Positions 29,513 to 42,761 of a stretch of DNA of 64,000 nt are shown one piece after another. How positions within the stretch are numbered: the stretch's first letter is position 1; each line of letters begins with the position of its first letter. The notes beneath the pieces are model-generated. The model ran no database searches. It was not told the DNA's origin and saw only the letters and a program-made list of their open reading frames with translations. A program made the translations under genes and the position numbers. This DNA comes from Spizellomyces punctatus DAOM BR117 (lineage: Eukaryota): NCBI GenBank assembly GCA_000182565.2, contig KQ257452.1; one strand, written 5' to 3'.

Positions 29513-29838
29513 TTTGGTTTACGGGGATTGGTGTTGCGATCCCGTAACGATGGGGGAAAATGAAACTAACGATGCTCAAACTGTACGCGTAGATAAGCTC
29601 GTTTAGTATGGATAGCCAGCGCCCCAAAAACAAATGCGCTTGGTTGAAATGGCAGTAACTCACCTAAATGTTTAAACGATCAGCGTGGTGAAATTGCTTG
29701 TCGTCGCCAAATAGATGACACGTCGACTGGAGGGATGTTACATTTATCGCCTAAATATCATCACGAGGGGCTTGGCTGCTTTCATAAGCAGCTTTCTGGC
29801 TGGCTTTTTTCGTTTTGTTTATATTTTACAGTTTCATA

Positions 29839-31595
29839 CTAGGCTACTTTACGTTCCTTTGTAAGTACTAAATGGTCCAATTGTCCCTTGGTTGCTTCCG
29901 CCTTTTGCAACGCCAATCCTGCCTCAGTTGCCATTTTCATAACCCTGTTGTTATATTCCTTTGCTTGGTCAGGTCGGAGGTCCAGGATGTATCTGTGGGC
30001 AATAAAAGATGATCTTTATGAGCACAGACATCAAGGTTGAGTGATGAGGCTCATCGACATTACTTTGCAGTCTCCACAATCAGTGTTCCATTTTCTTGTG
30101 ACACGCTTTCAGTGGTTAGGAGCTCACCCAATTCATTTATTCGGTGAGCCATGGTGGAGGAGACGTATATGCGGTTGAAAAATCCTTGTCTACGTTGTAG
30201 CTTTGATAGTGCAGATACAGTTAACAAATGCACCGTTGCTGCTGTTGATACGTAATTTGATGCCTCATTTGCAGAATCTGGCGGCAATTCTTGAATCTTT
30301 CCTTCTGCGTCGCTTAACCGCCCATTCTTCCATTCTTGAATCATTCCACCCAGATTCCATTCCGCAATTGCCCTTGCATCATATTTCCGTTGCCCGTTTT
30401 CGGTCTTCAGGAGCTTTTTGGCCTCTGCATCTAATCCAAACCCAAGAAAAGGTCCAACTGCAATATCACTAAAGTATCCCCACTTTGGCAGGCTGGTTCC
30501 CGTCTGTGTATCTGGTAGTGCGGAGATGGTTGCCAGTGTTCGATTAGGATGCGTGGGAGTGGATTGGCGGATTGGGAAGGAAAGGCCGTGCAGGCGAAAA
30601 GATAGAAATTCATGAGATGAGATGGTGGGAGCATGATCTTTGAGCTTCATGTTCCAGTCCCAGTCGATGACTCCTTCTCGAGCATCAAATCGTACTCCAT
30701 AGTATCGTCGTAACCTGGCGTCCCACATTTTGTCTAGCTCAAACGATTTCCCTTTGTGGTTCCGCCAGAACTGAAAGACCGATTCCAAATCATCTCGTTC
30801 TCGGTATTTAAGAAGTGAGAGGTCGAGCTGGATATGCGGTGTTAACTTTGGGGTTGCAGAGTCTGTGATTAAACTGAAAGTGACATGAATGTTAAGCACA
30901 CATGGAACGGGCACATAGTACATGGCGTCCTACTTTACCGAATGTATCGCGTAGCAGTTTCTGTTATCTGCGCCGACGTCTGATCGCGAAGGAGAATGTT
31001 GCCGTAGAGCTCAAGAAAGGTATCTATCCGATCTGTTACAATGCAAGAAGTTAAGAAACATTCCTCGACACAAAGAACAATCACCGTTAGAGCAGACCTT
31101 GCAATCCAGCCTCATTTTCCCCAAAAATCACATCCAACAATAACATACATCTCGCTAGTGCCGTGATCTCAGCTTCAACGACCCAAAACTACTTGCAAAA
31201 GTCCGCCGCTCATCAGCTTCCTCCGTTCAATACATCGCAAACTGATAGCCACCTACATGTATTTCCCGTCTTCCATACCGCCATGCTCTCGCCATTGTCT
31301 TTATGATATGCCGAGCATCACTAGCGCCAAGGATCAAGACATTGAGAGGGGGTACTATGTTCTGTTAGGACAAATCTCAGGTTGATCCTTGGTTTGACAA
31401 AAAGTACATACGATCGGTTGATGGAGTCAACTTGACGTCTTTAGCATCCCGCTCCCCATTCGCAGTATCTAAAAAACGATATATCATGAAATTTCTCCAA
31501 GTTCTGTAGCTTTGTTACCGAACGATCTTACACAAGTCTTGAAAATCAACAGCTCGAGAGAATCCCCAGACGGATGTTGTCCCAATGCCGTCCAT
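29839..31595 (-). CDS. DNAAF3: Dynein axonemal assembly factor 3 (PF22)
   Basis: MDGIGTTSVWGFSRAVD, LILGASDARHIIKT, LKYRERDDLESVFQFW, WDARLRRYYGVRFDAR..DWDW, PNRTLA, GYFSDIAVGPF, LIVETAK. Confidence 0.9.
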
Positions 31596-31742
31596 GGCGT
31601 GTTGGTCAAGACGCTATTCCCAAACGGTTTTCTCAACGTTTGTCAGTCGCAAAACGAACGTTGCGACAAAGTCGCGTGCAAGTGGACGCGTCCAGAGCAT
31701 GTAAGCGGCCGCGTCTTTCAACGGAAACGCTCTCGGACCCAA

Positions 31743-32123
31743 ATGTCCTCCCCATCGACAACCCCACCAGTCCTCCTAACACCAACCCTCCTTCCCCTCC
31801 TCACCCACCTGGACATCCAAACCCTTGCCCTCCGAACAACCCAATCCGAACTTTACACTGAAATAGAGCACCTCTCAGCAGGTAAAAACAACATGCAGCA
31901 AACAATTTGACCGCCAGGTTCCCAATAACATGACTTATCGACAGAGCTCCAACTCCTCCATGCAACGACAACCCCTCCCATAGATCCTCAGACGCTCGCT
32001 GCATCACAGAACCGGTTAGCGCTGTTAAAGAAGCGGATTACAAACATGCAGGGTGTCCTCAAGGGTATTAGTGACAGAGTGGGGCGGTGCGAGAATATGT
32101 TGGCGGGACAGACGCCCAGATGA
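31743..32123 (+). CDS. SNAPIN/pallidin-like BLOC-1 coiled-coil subunit (2 exons)
   Basis: Splice gives LLPLLTHLDIQTLALRTTQSELYTEIEHLSAELQ...RLALLKKRITNMQGVLKGISDRVGR, the Snapin pattern. Confidence 0.72.
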
Positions 32124-32565
32124 TGGTCGTGGCAGAGGACGACGGTGATACGTAGGATTTTATCAGGAATGGATTTGCATACAGGGCAGGCAATCGTTTC
32201 AAAAGATTTTGGAAACGCCCGATGGGAATTGCACCTTTCATATTACGTCGTCGTCCCATATCAAAGAGCAACAGATTCTAGCAAAGCGCAAATGTATTGA
32301 CAAAATTACAGAAAAGCCCATCCTTTTGGCCAAACCTCGCAGATGGGGTCGGTATATGTACATGCCCCCCATTTCCCTCTAAATCTATCTACTGTTTTAC
32401 AGTTCTTCCCCTGTTCAATATTCCTCCCAAGAGCCAGGCCCTGTATCTTTTGCCTTTCCGATGATGATATGAATTCCCTCCAGGGCTCTTTTGGATTTTT
32501 CAGTGTTTTTTTCCCCCATTTTTTTCAGAGTTTTCTTTTTTTCTTCCGTGGCTCGTCCGTCCGTC

Positions 32566-35053
32566 TCATGCTTCTATCGCCCTCTCCTCCATCCCTTCCA
32601 ACAACTCTTTTCCTACAGGTTGCGGAATCCCCACCCCTCCCTCCGCCGCATGCGCGATTCCTGTTCCACTGGCCCGCCGCGAACCGACTACTGCTTCATC
32701 TTCTGGGGTATAGCCCCGTATCGCTGCTTTCATGAATTTGAGGAAGCGATGTCCGTAAAGGACGGGGTTGACCGCCGATATGGCCGTCTATGAGAGAGAC
32801 GCAGAATAGGATGAGAACCATAAAGTACACCATACCCGGATCGTAGAAACAATACATACGCGGTCATGACTGAAGCTTTTCCAAAAATGTTCTACTTTCT
32901 TTGTCATATCATATTTTGTGAATATATCAATGACGCCAATATAGTAGAGCTACAATGATAATAAGGCTCAGTTACATATCACTGAAAAAGACGTTTGGGG
33001 ACCACAAAAACCTTTACACACCTCTTTCATCGGCTCATTATTTTCGTCCGAGGCTGCAAAACCGCCATCATCTTGATAGAATACACAATTTGTGCGTCTA
33101 TATAGAAGGAGAGGACGCATCAGTGGCGAGAGGCGCCGAATGCACGGGCAGTGTCCTGCACTTACTCTGACGGTGGCAGATCCGGGAGCCTGGCGTTGGA
33201 CGGCCCCAGTTGAAGGGGTTCCGTTTCACTAAGCATGCGTCGTAGCTCGCGTTTATTGGGTTTCGTGGAGGCAACACTAGCCCCTCCAGTAGAAATGTGG
33301 GATTGGCGGAATAGGGACGTAGATGTGGGTTGGCGGCTTACAGAGTCCGGATTGGGTTCGTAGACAGCAAGTGTCTTGTCCCGTATCTTCTCTTTATTGC
33401 CGCGCTTGAGATCATGGATTCCGACGAGTAATGAATAGTCCATAATCTTGTGTTTAATCAAAAACTAGGAGACAGAGCAAGTCAGAAATTGGACCGTCAT
33501 GTCGAGACAGAGAATCAAGCATTACCTCCACGTCCCTCTCCAGTTGCTCCACTAATAGTTGCCTCTTCTGCGGGCCTAAATCCAGCTTTTTCTTCCGATG
33601 CATCCAGTTCAGGTCTTTTAGCACCGCCCGTGGGTCGTCCTTGGCCAGCTCTTCAGGGTATTCTCGGCCGACGGTTGACCCCTTCAAGTCGTACATCTCA
33701 TGTATATCCTTGTTTGGAGGGAAGACATTGCCCATGACTACGAAATGTATCTTGCGGTTCCCAGGCAGTTTGACACGGTGCAGACCAAAAATCCGTGAGA
33801 GTAAAGTGTGCTGATTGACCCGTACGTGCTGTTGGATAAGGCGAGAAAACGTTAGCACACCGTACACACAAAGTGTGAGAGATGAGAACGCTACCAACCT
33901 CGTAATAAAATCTCAGAATCTTTCGCATATACTTGTGCTCGGAATGGTGCACAGTTTTGATGATAAATCGGTAATCCGAGGAGTAGTAGAAAAAGCTTCC
34001 ACTCTTGCCGGCGCTGACCAGCTCCGATAGCACATACTTTCCTGTAAGCGACAACTGTAATGCAAAATCATTGATGAGAAATCAGCAGTAAGACGGTGCG
34101 TCAGTAGGATTACTCACCAGGTACTCTGCAGGATCAACATGAAATGCATCCCGAATACACCGGAAAACCCACGGTGCATAGTCCTTAAACTTGAAGTCAT
34201 ATCTGGAAGACGGTGTAAGTTCGTTACCAGTTACATCAAAGGTCATTTTATGCGCCGCTGTAAAGTCTTCCAACTGAAGCACCCGAGGAGGTTTGGCCTG
34301 ACACCGCGAAACCGACACCCGAATCCCGGTTAACATGTCGTACATCAGGACATAATTGTCATGTCCTTCTTTGACAGGAGTCCCAACAAGCACTTCCTTC
34401 TCTGATCGCTGACGTGTAAGACGCCGCCCAATCTTTTCTGGTTCGAGCATCTCAGACCCAGATAGGTGCTTTTTGACCACAGATGAGCCACGCTTCCTCG
34501 GTGAAGAAGACGACGACGCTTCAATCTCGCTTAGCGGAATCAAGTGCTTGGCTGACCCAATCTGTTCACCCTGGCGGGGTGTTCCAACAGAGTGGGAACC
34601 AGTGCCTTTAATGATGGAGCGTGGCTGTGTTGGGATGGGGCCTGAGAAGGAATTGGGACGTTTACGGGGATCTGCAGGAAGTTTGCGAAGGTCTTGGCGT
34701 TGCTGTTGCAGTGCTTGCAAAGCAGCCTGTGCGGTAGTTGCAGACGGTGATGTTGCGGCTCTTACATGAGAGCGTTCATCGGTGGAAACGGTGCTTGAGG
34801 GGATGTCGGCTGCCGGGAGTGTAGGGGCGGATGTTGCCATGGGACGGTCATTGGTAGTGCAGTCTGACACCTCGGTTGTGTTGAGGCCATCAATGGGAAG
34901 TTCTTTGAATGACACTCTCAGAGCGGCTGAGGTGGATGCCAGAGGAGTCGGAGTCGCGGGAGTGTTAGGATCCGAAGCTTGATTCGGAAGCGCTGCTGTA
35001 GCTACAGCAGCGACAATTGTTTCTGTTGCTTGCGAGGCTAACGCTGTGGTCAT
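32566..35053 (-). CDS. MSS4: Phosphatidylinositol-4-phosphate 5-kinase (Mss4/Its3 type)
   Basis: [70 protein letters not shown]. Start tentative. Confidence 0.94.
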
Positions 35054-36404
35054 TCTGGTGGCAGTCGTTCGGGACAGCCCAGAAGTAGGCACTGAGGAGG
35101 TATAGCGTTCAAATGAATGAACGAAGCCAAGCGAGATTGATTACTCAAATATATAGTGATATATAAGAGCTGCGTCGTCAAAAAAAAAGTGAATTACGCG
35201 GGTGAATATGATGAATCACCAAACGGCCGTAAGCGAGGAGCAGAAGGCGGGGGAGGGAACACGGGCGTTCTTATAAGACGACTTTTGCGGGGGAGGTCTC
35301 GCCCGGGGGTTTTTCAATGCGATTTTCTAACCGAAATGTCCCGAGTAAGGGTCAGTTGAACAGAGACCCTCAAAACGCGTGCTGGTAGGCTTAAATAGCA
35401 ACAGAACGCGGTTCTGCCAACCTTTGAGTTTAACGATTTTGACCAATAATTGGCCCGACGTGTCGGTTGACCCAGGGTAAGGTGTGGGAAGCAAGCGGCA
35501 TTGTTATGTTGATGTATTTATGAGGAGACAAAAGATGCCAAATGACCAAATGACGAAAGAATGCGGGTCAGAGGACGGAAGGCGAGCGGTGGCCAGGGAA
35601 TCATGAGAAAATTCCAAGTAACAAGATCCAAGGGATATTCGGATATCGCGGCATATGAGGTATAGGCGGTGTCCAGAGAGTCCAGATGTGTTTGTAAAAA
35701 GATAAAGTCAAACGACGAGTAGGAAAGCAATGTAAAGAGATTCGTAGGATGTTGGCAAAAGTAGGCGTGAGCAGCAGGATATATAGTAAAAAGAGACAGT
35801 TAGGCTATGAACCGATATCAAAAGCAGGCAATAACATTTGCCTTGCCGTCATCACTTGAACAAATCGTACCAAGATATAAGCTCAAAGTTGGTCAAACGT
35901 CCAAAGCAACGCAGTAATGCAATTGGTCGAGTTTAAGAGTTTTTGTGTTTGCAACCGTAAGGATATCGCGCAAAAAAACAGTTTTCCGATAGCGGGGGCG
36001 TATAAGAGGTCTTTGTTGAAAAAGGAAGAAACAGCAGCCTATGAGGTCCTTGATGCCAAGTAAAAGCGAACAAAAAAAGAGAAACGAAAGATGGTAGAGG
36101 ACAATGGTGGTCGAAGAACTGTACAAGTGTTGACTACGCCCGGGCGGCGGAAATGACAGCTGTGCTGTTTGGTATGCTCAAGAACTGCTCGAGTGCGCTT
36201 GAGAAGGGAAGGAAATCCGGATGAGCCCGTAATGGTAATGTGTGTTTTTTGGGGGCAACGAAGAACAGAAATGTTGGAGACTTGAAGCCGGGGGACCTGC
36301 CGCGCTTTTTGATCTGCGCCTCGCAGACTCGTCCCGCACTGGAAGATGATTTTTTCCCTTCCGCTTTTTTTTTTATTTTTTATTGTAGTCTTTCTTGGCA
36401 AATG

Positions 36405-36452
36405 GACAATGACGACGACGACGACGACGACAAGGACAAGGACAAGGACAAC
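36405..36452. repeat. Compound microsatellite (GAC)n-(GACAAG)n
   Basis: gacgacgacgacgacgacgacaaggacaaggacaaggacaac in intergenic DNA. Confidence 0.85.
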
Positions 36453-36838
36453 GGGTAAACAGAACAAGTTGGATTCACAAGACCGGCGTTACATTGGAGC
36501 AAACAAGCCCAAGACATGTACTAAGGGGGCAGTATTGCCCGCTCTTTGACCGATCAAGGCCCATCCACAATAATGCAATGAACATGGCTTCCAGTTGAGG
36601 CCGATTGGGAAGACAAGACGGGCTTGTGAGGAACGGCAGGCAGTCCAAGGCTTCATGGAGGGAAGGCCAATGCCGACGATCTAGAGCACGGATTCGCTAC
36701 ACTCTCACATACAGTAATGCTAGGCAACAGCTAGATTCACCACCAGCAACCAAGTGCATACAGACATGGATCAAAACGTCAAAGACAATTTGCTGCGACA
36801 GTTTACACAAATGAATTTATTATTCTACAAGACAACAT

Positions 36839-37439
36839 CTATTCGTAAATGAGCTTGTCCAAAGAGCGCTCGTAGTTGAGGACACCCTCAGGGAACCACT
36901 ACAACAAGAGAAACACATTAACAGACTGCCATTTACATGTTTCCTACCAAAGGACCCAACACTCACCAAAGCAATCTCCTTCTCAGCGCTCTCAACAGCG
37001 TCAGAACCGTGGCAAATGTTCTTTCCAACATCAATGGCGTAGTCGCCACGAATGGTACCGGGGGCAGACGCCAGTGGGTTGGTGGCACCCAACATGACAC
37101 GGCCAGTCTTCACAACCTCCTTACCGGCCCAGACCATACCGACAACAGGGCCAGAAAGCATGTAGTCGACAAGCTAGTAAGGACGAGATAATATGGGAAC
37201 CTCGTTCAATTTCAAAAATATCCAGTCACAGTCAAATGAAGCCTACCACATACCTTGGGGAAGAAGGGCTTGCTGCTCAAGTCAGCGTAGTGCTTCTCGA
37301 GGAGATCGCGAGAAGGCTGGAGAGCCTTCAAGGCCAAAAGCTTGAAGCCGCGGTTCTCGAAGCGCTTGATAATCTCACCAACGAGACCCCGCTCAACACC
37401 GTCGGGCTTGACCATGATGTAAGTACGTTCTTGGGCCAT
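36839..37439 (-). CDS. NDK1: Nucleoside diphosphate kinase
   Basis: [28 protein letters not shown], catalytic NICHGSD, ends LIYE*. Confidence 0.97.
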
Positions 37440-37661
37440 TTTGAAAGTTTTTGTGATCGTGTTGCAAGATGGAAGAACGTGCAGGAAGGTCAAAGCAGAA
37501 ATTGTGGCCTTCACTGTTGACATGGAAACAGTATGACTCATAATTACCAAGGAGAGGCACGTGACAAAGTGCTTATTCGAGTTCAACGCTAAACGATCTC
37601 CATTGCGTTTATCAGAGATTTGTTGGCTGAAAGTTAATACCATCTAGCCGCTAAACAAAGG

Positions 37662-38959
37662 ATGACGCTTGAAAGCCTGCTAGCAAGTCTGACCGCAAAA
37701 GAGGAACAACCTATTTCAAAAAGTTCTGCGAAATCTGGAGACGATGTCTCCGCGTTCCTCGCCGAGAATGACGCGGAATTGAAGAAGCTCATGGAAGAAT
37801 TTAATCGTAGAGTAGCGGCGGCGGAAGGGGGTAGCTCTGCATATCAACCTGAAGTACCCAGTACGGAGATTGTGCCAGAACCAGGGTTTGTCATAAAGAC
37901 GCATAACCAAACACAAGTGGGCGACTGGCCGGCTGGACTGAAGGTAGATACGCAAGCCTCTAGCGAATTTATGAACGCCATCGATCATCATGATGGGTTG
38001 ATCTAGCGACTGATGGTCAAATTCATTGGCACCACAGGTGTTTATCAACATCTGTCATAGTCCACATGTCCCCGCCCCCCCGCTTGCTTCCGACGAAGAG
38101 ATCCGCCGGGCAATCAATGCTGAAGACAACGCTGCATACAAAGTTCCACTGAGTTTAAGCTCCCCAAAGGCAGATCGTGACAAAAGTACGTCGAGCATAC
38201 CTAGTGAATGATATCACATGGTGCTCACCGAAAATTTCCTTAGCCGGCAAAACGTGCTTGGTGTTTGATGCGTGTGTCAACACTGATCCCCTCAACAAAG
38301 CGTTGATGGATATGGATTTTAAGCTATTTTTGATCGAACTGTCCTTGGAGTGGGTGGAAGAGAAACACAAATTGGATCTCAGTAGAGGCACGTCGCATCA
38401 GCTTACATCCGTGCCCGACCCTGAATACAATATTAACATTCCAATCGCGTCACTCACCTCCAGAATTCACCATCCCGAAACTAAGAAGCAAAGGCCCACT
38501 CTCCAAGCACATCATCCGGCGCACCAAACGCCCTGTCATCGCCGAAGTGGATCCAAATCAGAAATCGACCCCAAAGCCCAAAGCCACCCCATCTGCATCC
38601 ATAACCCCTATCTCGACGACAATTAAATCCAACAAGTTGCAAAAACTACCACAACCCGTATATACTATTGTTAAAGAACCACCTGAAGGTGAAACGGAGT
38701 ACTTGGTGGTGGAAGTGTCTTTACCGGACATTGTAAGTCTCAGTACTGCAGACATCAGAATCCTCGTCCGTCGGCTAACATCCAAATACAGAAAACGACC
38801 AAAACCGCCTCCCTTGACATTGAAGAGCGTCAACTCATCTTGTCGATTCCTGATCGGTATTATCTGGAAGCCCCTTTACCCTCCGCGATAGATACGCGAG
38901 AAGGTGGGGCTCAGTTTGATCGTGGAAGACAGGTGTTGACGGTCACCCTAAAGTGCTGA
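37662..38959 (+). CDS. PIH1-domain protein (R2TP/dynein pre-assembly family) with C-terminal CS-like domain
   Basis: IVPEPGFVIKT, KVFINICHS, YKVPLSLS, DK.GKTCLVFDACVN, AQFDRGRQVLTVTL. Confidence 0.88.
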
Positions 38960-39287
38960 TTAGGCGAGGAGTCACAGGTAGTTCTGTACATAAGATTGGG
39001 TTGGGTTTGTGCATAATAAGATGGTGCAGCGAGTTTGCTTCGTAAATTAAAACATGTGCAAACGTGGGCGGCTCGACAACACGCAGTCTGAGCTATGCAA
39101 GAAAGAAAGTTTGAAAAATGTCAGAATGTAAATGGAGATATAATATTCAAAACTATAGGAATACAAAATGGCTGCGTTCGAAACGCAAGCTATGAAATGA
39201 GGTCTTCCCGCTCAGACCAGCCAAACGGACCAAACTAAGAAACATATGAAGCAACTTGCACGCACAAAATGAAGCTTGAAAGTCCCG

Positions 39288-41304
39288 TCACGCTCTACCT
39301 CTTCCAAAGTACCCAATAACAACACCAACAGCCACACATGCCAACCACCATACGAGGTTCCAAGGTAACTTTTTCAAAAAGGACACAACAGTCTGTGCAG
39401 CTGGACCCCGGAGTTTCTTCTCAAGGAGCATTCCGACTATTTTGCGTCCTGTGGCACTGTAGGCCAGAGGAGGGTATCGTATCGATACAAGTTTCTCCAA
39501 CCCAGCTGGACGAATCATGGTTGAACGGGGATGAGTGTAGGCGAGGAACCCATGATGTCCGTGGTATTTTCCCATCCCAGAAGGACCAACACCTCCGAAA
39601 GGCAGTTCACCCACTGAAAAAGGATGACGACAGATTAGAAAACTTGGCACAAGAACAGAAGGTTTTCGGAATTGACAACTCACCCGCCATGTTCATGAAC
39701 AAATCGTTTACGACGGTGTTTCCAGAGTCCGTTTTGGAAAGAACCGTAGAGATTGTCTTGTCAGATTTAGAAAACACGTACAACGCAAGAGGCTTGTCCC
39801 TTAATGGACGCAGTTGGCGTAAGCAACCTGTGTGATCTCAACGACTGCCCTTGTGATTCCAACCATACCTAGACCTAACATATTCAATGGCCTCATCTAT
39901 ATTCTTGATCTCAATGACCGGCAAAATGGGACCAAAGATCTCATCCTTCATAAGAGGGTTGGCAGAGTCATCTTTGCCAACACCGGTGACGACCGTCGGC
40001 TCAATGAATAACTCATTCCGATCGCAGAATCCTCCCACGGCGACTTTGCTCCCGGGAACTTTGAGCTGTTCGCTAAGCAAGCCGGCGAGTCTGTCAAAGT
40101 GGCGTTCGGCAATGATACGAGGGTAATCTTTACTTGAACGGATCTTCTCGCCATAGAGTTCGTTGAGGGCCGCCGAGCAAGCGGAGACAAATTTGGGGAG
40201 GACGTCCGGGGTAGCAAGGACGTAATCTGGTGCAATGCAAGTCTGAAAGACGGTGAGCTTCGGTCCAACCGGCTGTGCAATTTTCATCTCGTCGCTAAAC
40301 ACACCTGTCCACAGTTGACTGATTTGGCCCACATGAGTCTCTTTGCAACAACTTGGGCATCAGCGGTATCATCGATAATGACTGGGCTCTTTCCACCGAG
40401 TTCCAAGACAACGGGAGTAAGATGCTTGCTAGCGGCAGCCATGACAATCTTGCCAACCATTCCGTTGCCAGTGTAAAAGATGTGATCAAACTGCAATTCA
40501 AGGAGGCGCGTGGTCTCTGGAACGCCACCGTTGACGACGCGGATACAGTTGGGATCAAGGTACTTTTCAACGAGGAGAGTCATGACAGCTGCCGAAAAGG
40601 GGGCGACCTCTGATGGCTGCGAGGAAACGTGAGAATGACGGTCTCTAGGCCAAGATGTATGCAGTACAAGCTCGTACCTTGATCACCGCAGCGTTTCCAG
40701 CCGCAATAGCAGCCATAAAAGGTCCCAAGGTGAGTTGATACGCACTGATCAAGGTAGGGTTAGCTGCGAGCGACATGTTGTTTGCCAATTTCTTTGAAAA
40801 CATACTAGTTCCAAGCACCAATGATCAACGCCACACCAAATGGTTCCCGTCTGATCTCACAGCGGTCCAAGGCATGCACGAGACCAGCGTTCACACGCTC
40901 CGGCTTTATCCATTCGTCAAGATTCTCCAACGCATCCACGACTTCATTCTTCAAGACCATCAAGTCAACAAGAAAGGCTTCGCCGGCAGACTGTTGAAAC
41001 CAGGGTCATGTCCGGGCTACAATTTTGCTTCACGGTCTTCATCAAGAACCAACCTGCTTCTTGTCCAGGTATGCCGCTTGACACAAAATGTCCTCATTCT
41101 CGTCTAGCATTTTGTAGAGCTGCCGGAGCTGTTGTTTTCGCCATTTGATACTTTTGGTGACATCTGTGTTGTATCCTTGACGAACGGTTTCGACAATCTA
41201 CACATGCGTGTCAGAAAGGAACCCAGCGACAACTATCTGCCCAATTTTCAACAAACCTTTTCAATCTTGTCCACCGGAGTGTACTCGAGCGTTGGGATAG
41301 TCAT
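39288..41304 (-). CDS. ALDH3-family fatty aldehyde dehydrogenase with C-terminal TM anchor
   Basis: IGAWNY, IKPSE, FYTGNG, LELGGKSP, catalytic NCGQTCIAPDY, DEIFGPILP, LPFGGVGPSGMGKYHG, hydrophobic tail. Confidence 0.94.
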
Positions 41305-41909
41305 TGTGGTGTCAGGTGTGTTGGCAGCAATCATATTATGTCAAACTCTATTCAGTGACGAGGGGGAGATGCGTTGGAGACGGGCAGAACAGAGCAAAAA
41401 AACAAAATCTCTTCGAATGACCCCAAAACCAAAATGACGATGACAACCACGACAACGACGAGGAATTTTAAAAGCGACCGGCAGACGGGCGAAACTTTCA
41501 TCAGCAGTGTGGCTTGGATGCGTGTTGTTGTAGCTATATTCGGATATGGTAAATGACGCTGCGCCACGCCGGAGTTTCTTGGCGCTGAGTCTCCGCGAAG
41601 GTTTTTTGAAGGGTTGAAGGGTGTTTGGATGGGGGATGTTGGGGGTTTGGTGAATGCCGAACGGGGAAGGATATTGGGGGTGTGCTTGGATCGTTGGGAG
41701 ATGGGCGGGACGGAGGGGGGTTGGAGGACAAAGTCTACCGTGGATTTCCTGATGACGATGAAGATGGGGGGGGGGGCAGATCGGAACTCCTCAAGTACAA
41801 CAACCACGGCGGGAGTCAAGGGTGACAACATTATAATATTTCCATAAGATACAAATATACTAGTAACACGCTCTTTGAGAGTACAAGCTATCAAGAAAAT
41901 ACACCACTT

Positions 41910-42761
41910 TCACGAAAACCTTTGCAACTTTCCAGCCTTCTTGAACAGTGTCACCCCAGCCCGGATCGACACGGCTCGTTGGGCCAAAATCTGCTGGTCA
42001 GCAGGTACGCCATCGACCCGGTAGGTTTTATCCTCTTGTAGTTCCGCGCAATCGGTCACTTGCCATTGCACACTCCACAATTTACCGACAGCAACTGCTT
42101 GTGCCCAGTGGACAGGATCCCATGGTGATGTGGAGTAATCTACTAATCCCTGTTTTCCGCCAAGGAGTGCAGACATGGCTTGATGGGAGATGTCAATGCC
42201 GTTGAGGGGACAGCCAGGGCAGCTGTCGACGATTTGCAGCACGACTCGGGTGCCGAGAAGAGTGTTTGTGACGGCGATGCATGTCCCGCAGACGTTCTTG
42301 GGCGACAGTGCTTGGAACTGTTGACTGTTCTGTTGGGGTCATTCCGTGTTGGCCACGTATTGCATGTCAGTGTAGATTTAGTTGCTATCGACAAAACGTT
42401 TACAAACATACCAATGCCGCAAACATGTTAAAGTTCTTTGGCACGAGGGGAGGTCGATCAGGAAACGTGCTATAACAAGCCCCGTACCATCCCCCATTCT
42501 CTGGTCCTATCGGTGGTGGGTCTAGTCCGCCCTGAATGGTCTTGTCTAGAAGACAGCGCACGTCAATATGTTACTATCCAAGCATTCATATAAAAATAGC
42601 GTGCTCCGAGATCACTGACATCCATCACCGTAGTAACTAGCGCTTCCCTGATACTGGATATCATACCACCGACGTTCAATCGAGGCATGGGTGGCAACAA
42701 CGCAAGCTATGAGGAAGCGAAGGAGCACGACAAGAGCAGTTGTGTAAAACTTGGCTGACAT
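41910..42761 (-). CDS. Secreted RlpA/expansin-like double-psi beta-barrel protein
   Basis: Signal peptide MSAKFYTTALVVLLRFLIACVVA, YQGSASYYGDG, QIVDSCPGCPLNGIDIS..M (D..P.C....D motif), VQWQVTDC. Confidence 0.75.

Noticed and set aside
41352-41894. 180-aa minus-strand ORF upstream of ALDH
   Set aside because: Low-complexity C-rich promoter/UTR sequence with a non-ATG start and no protein-like features.
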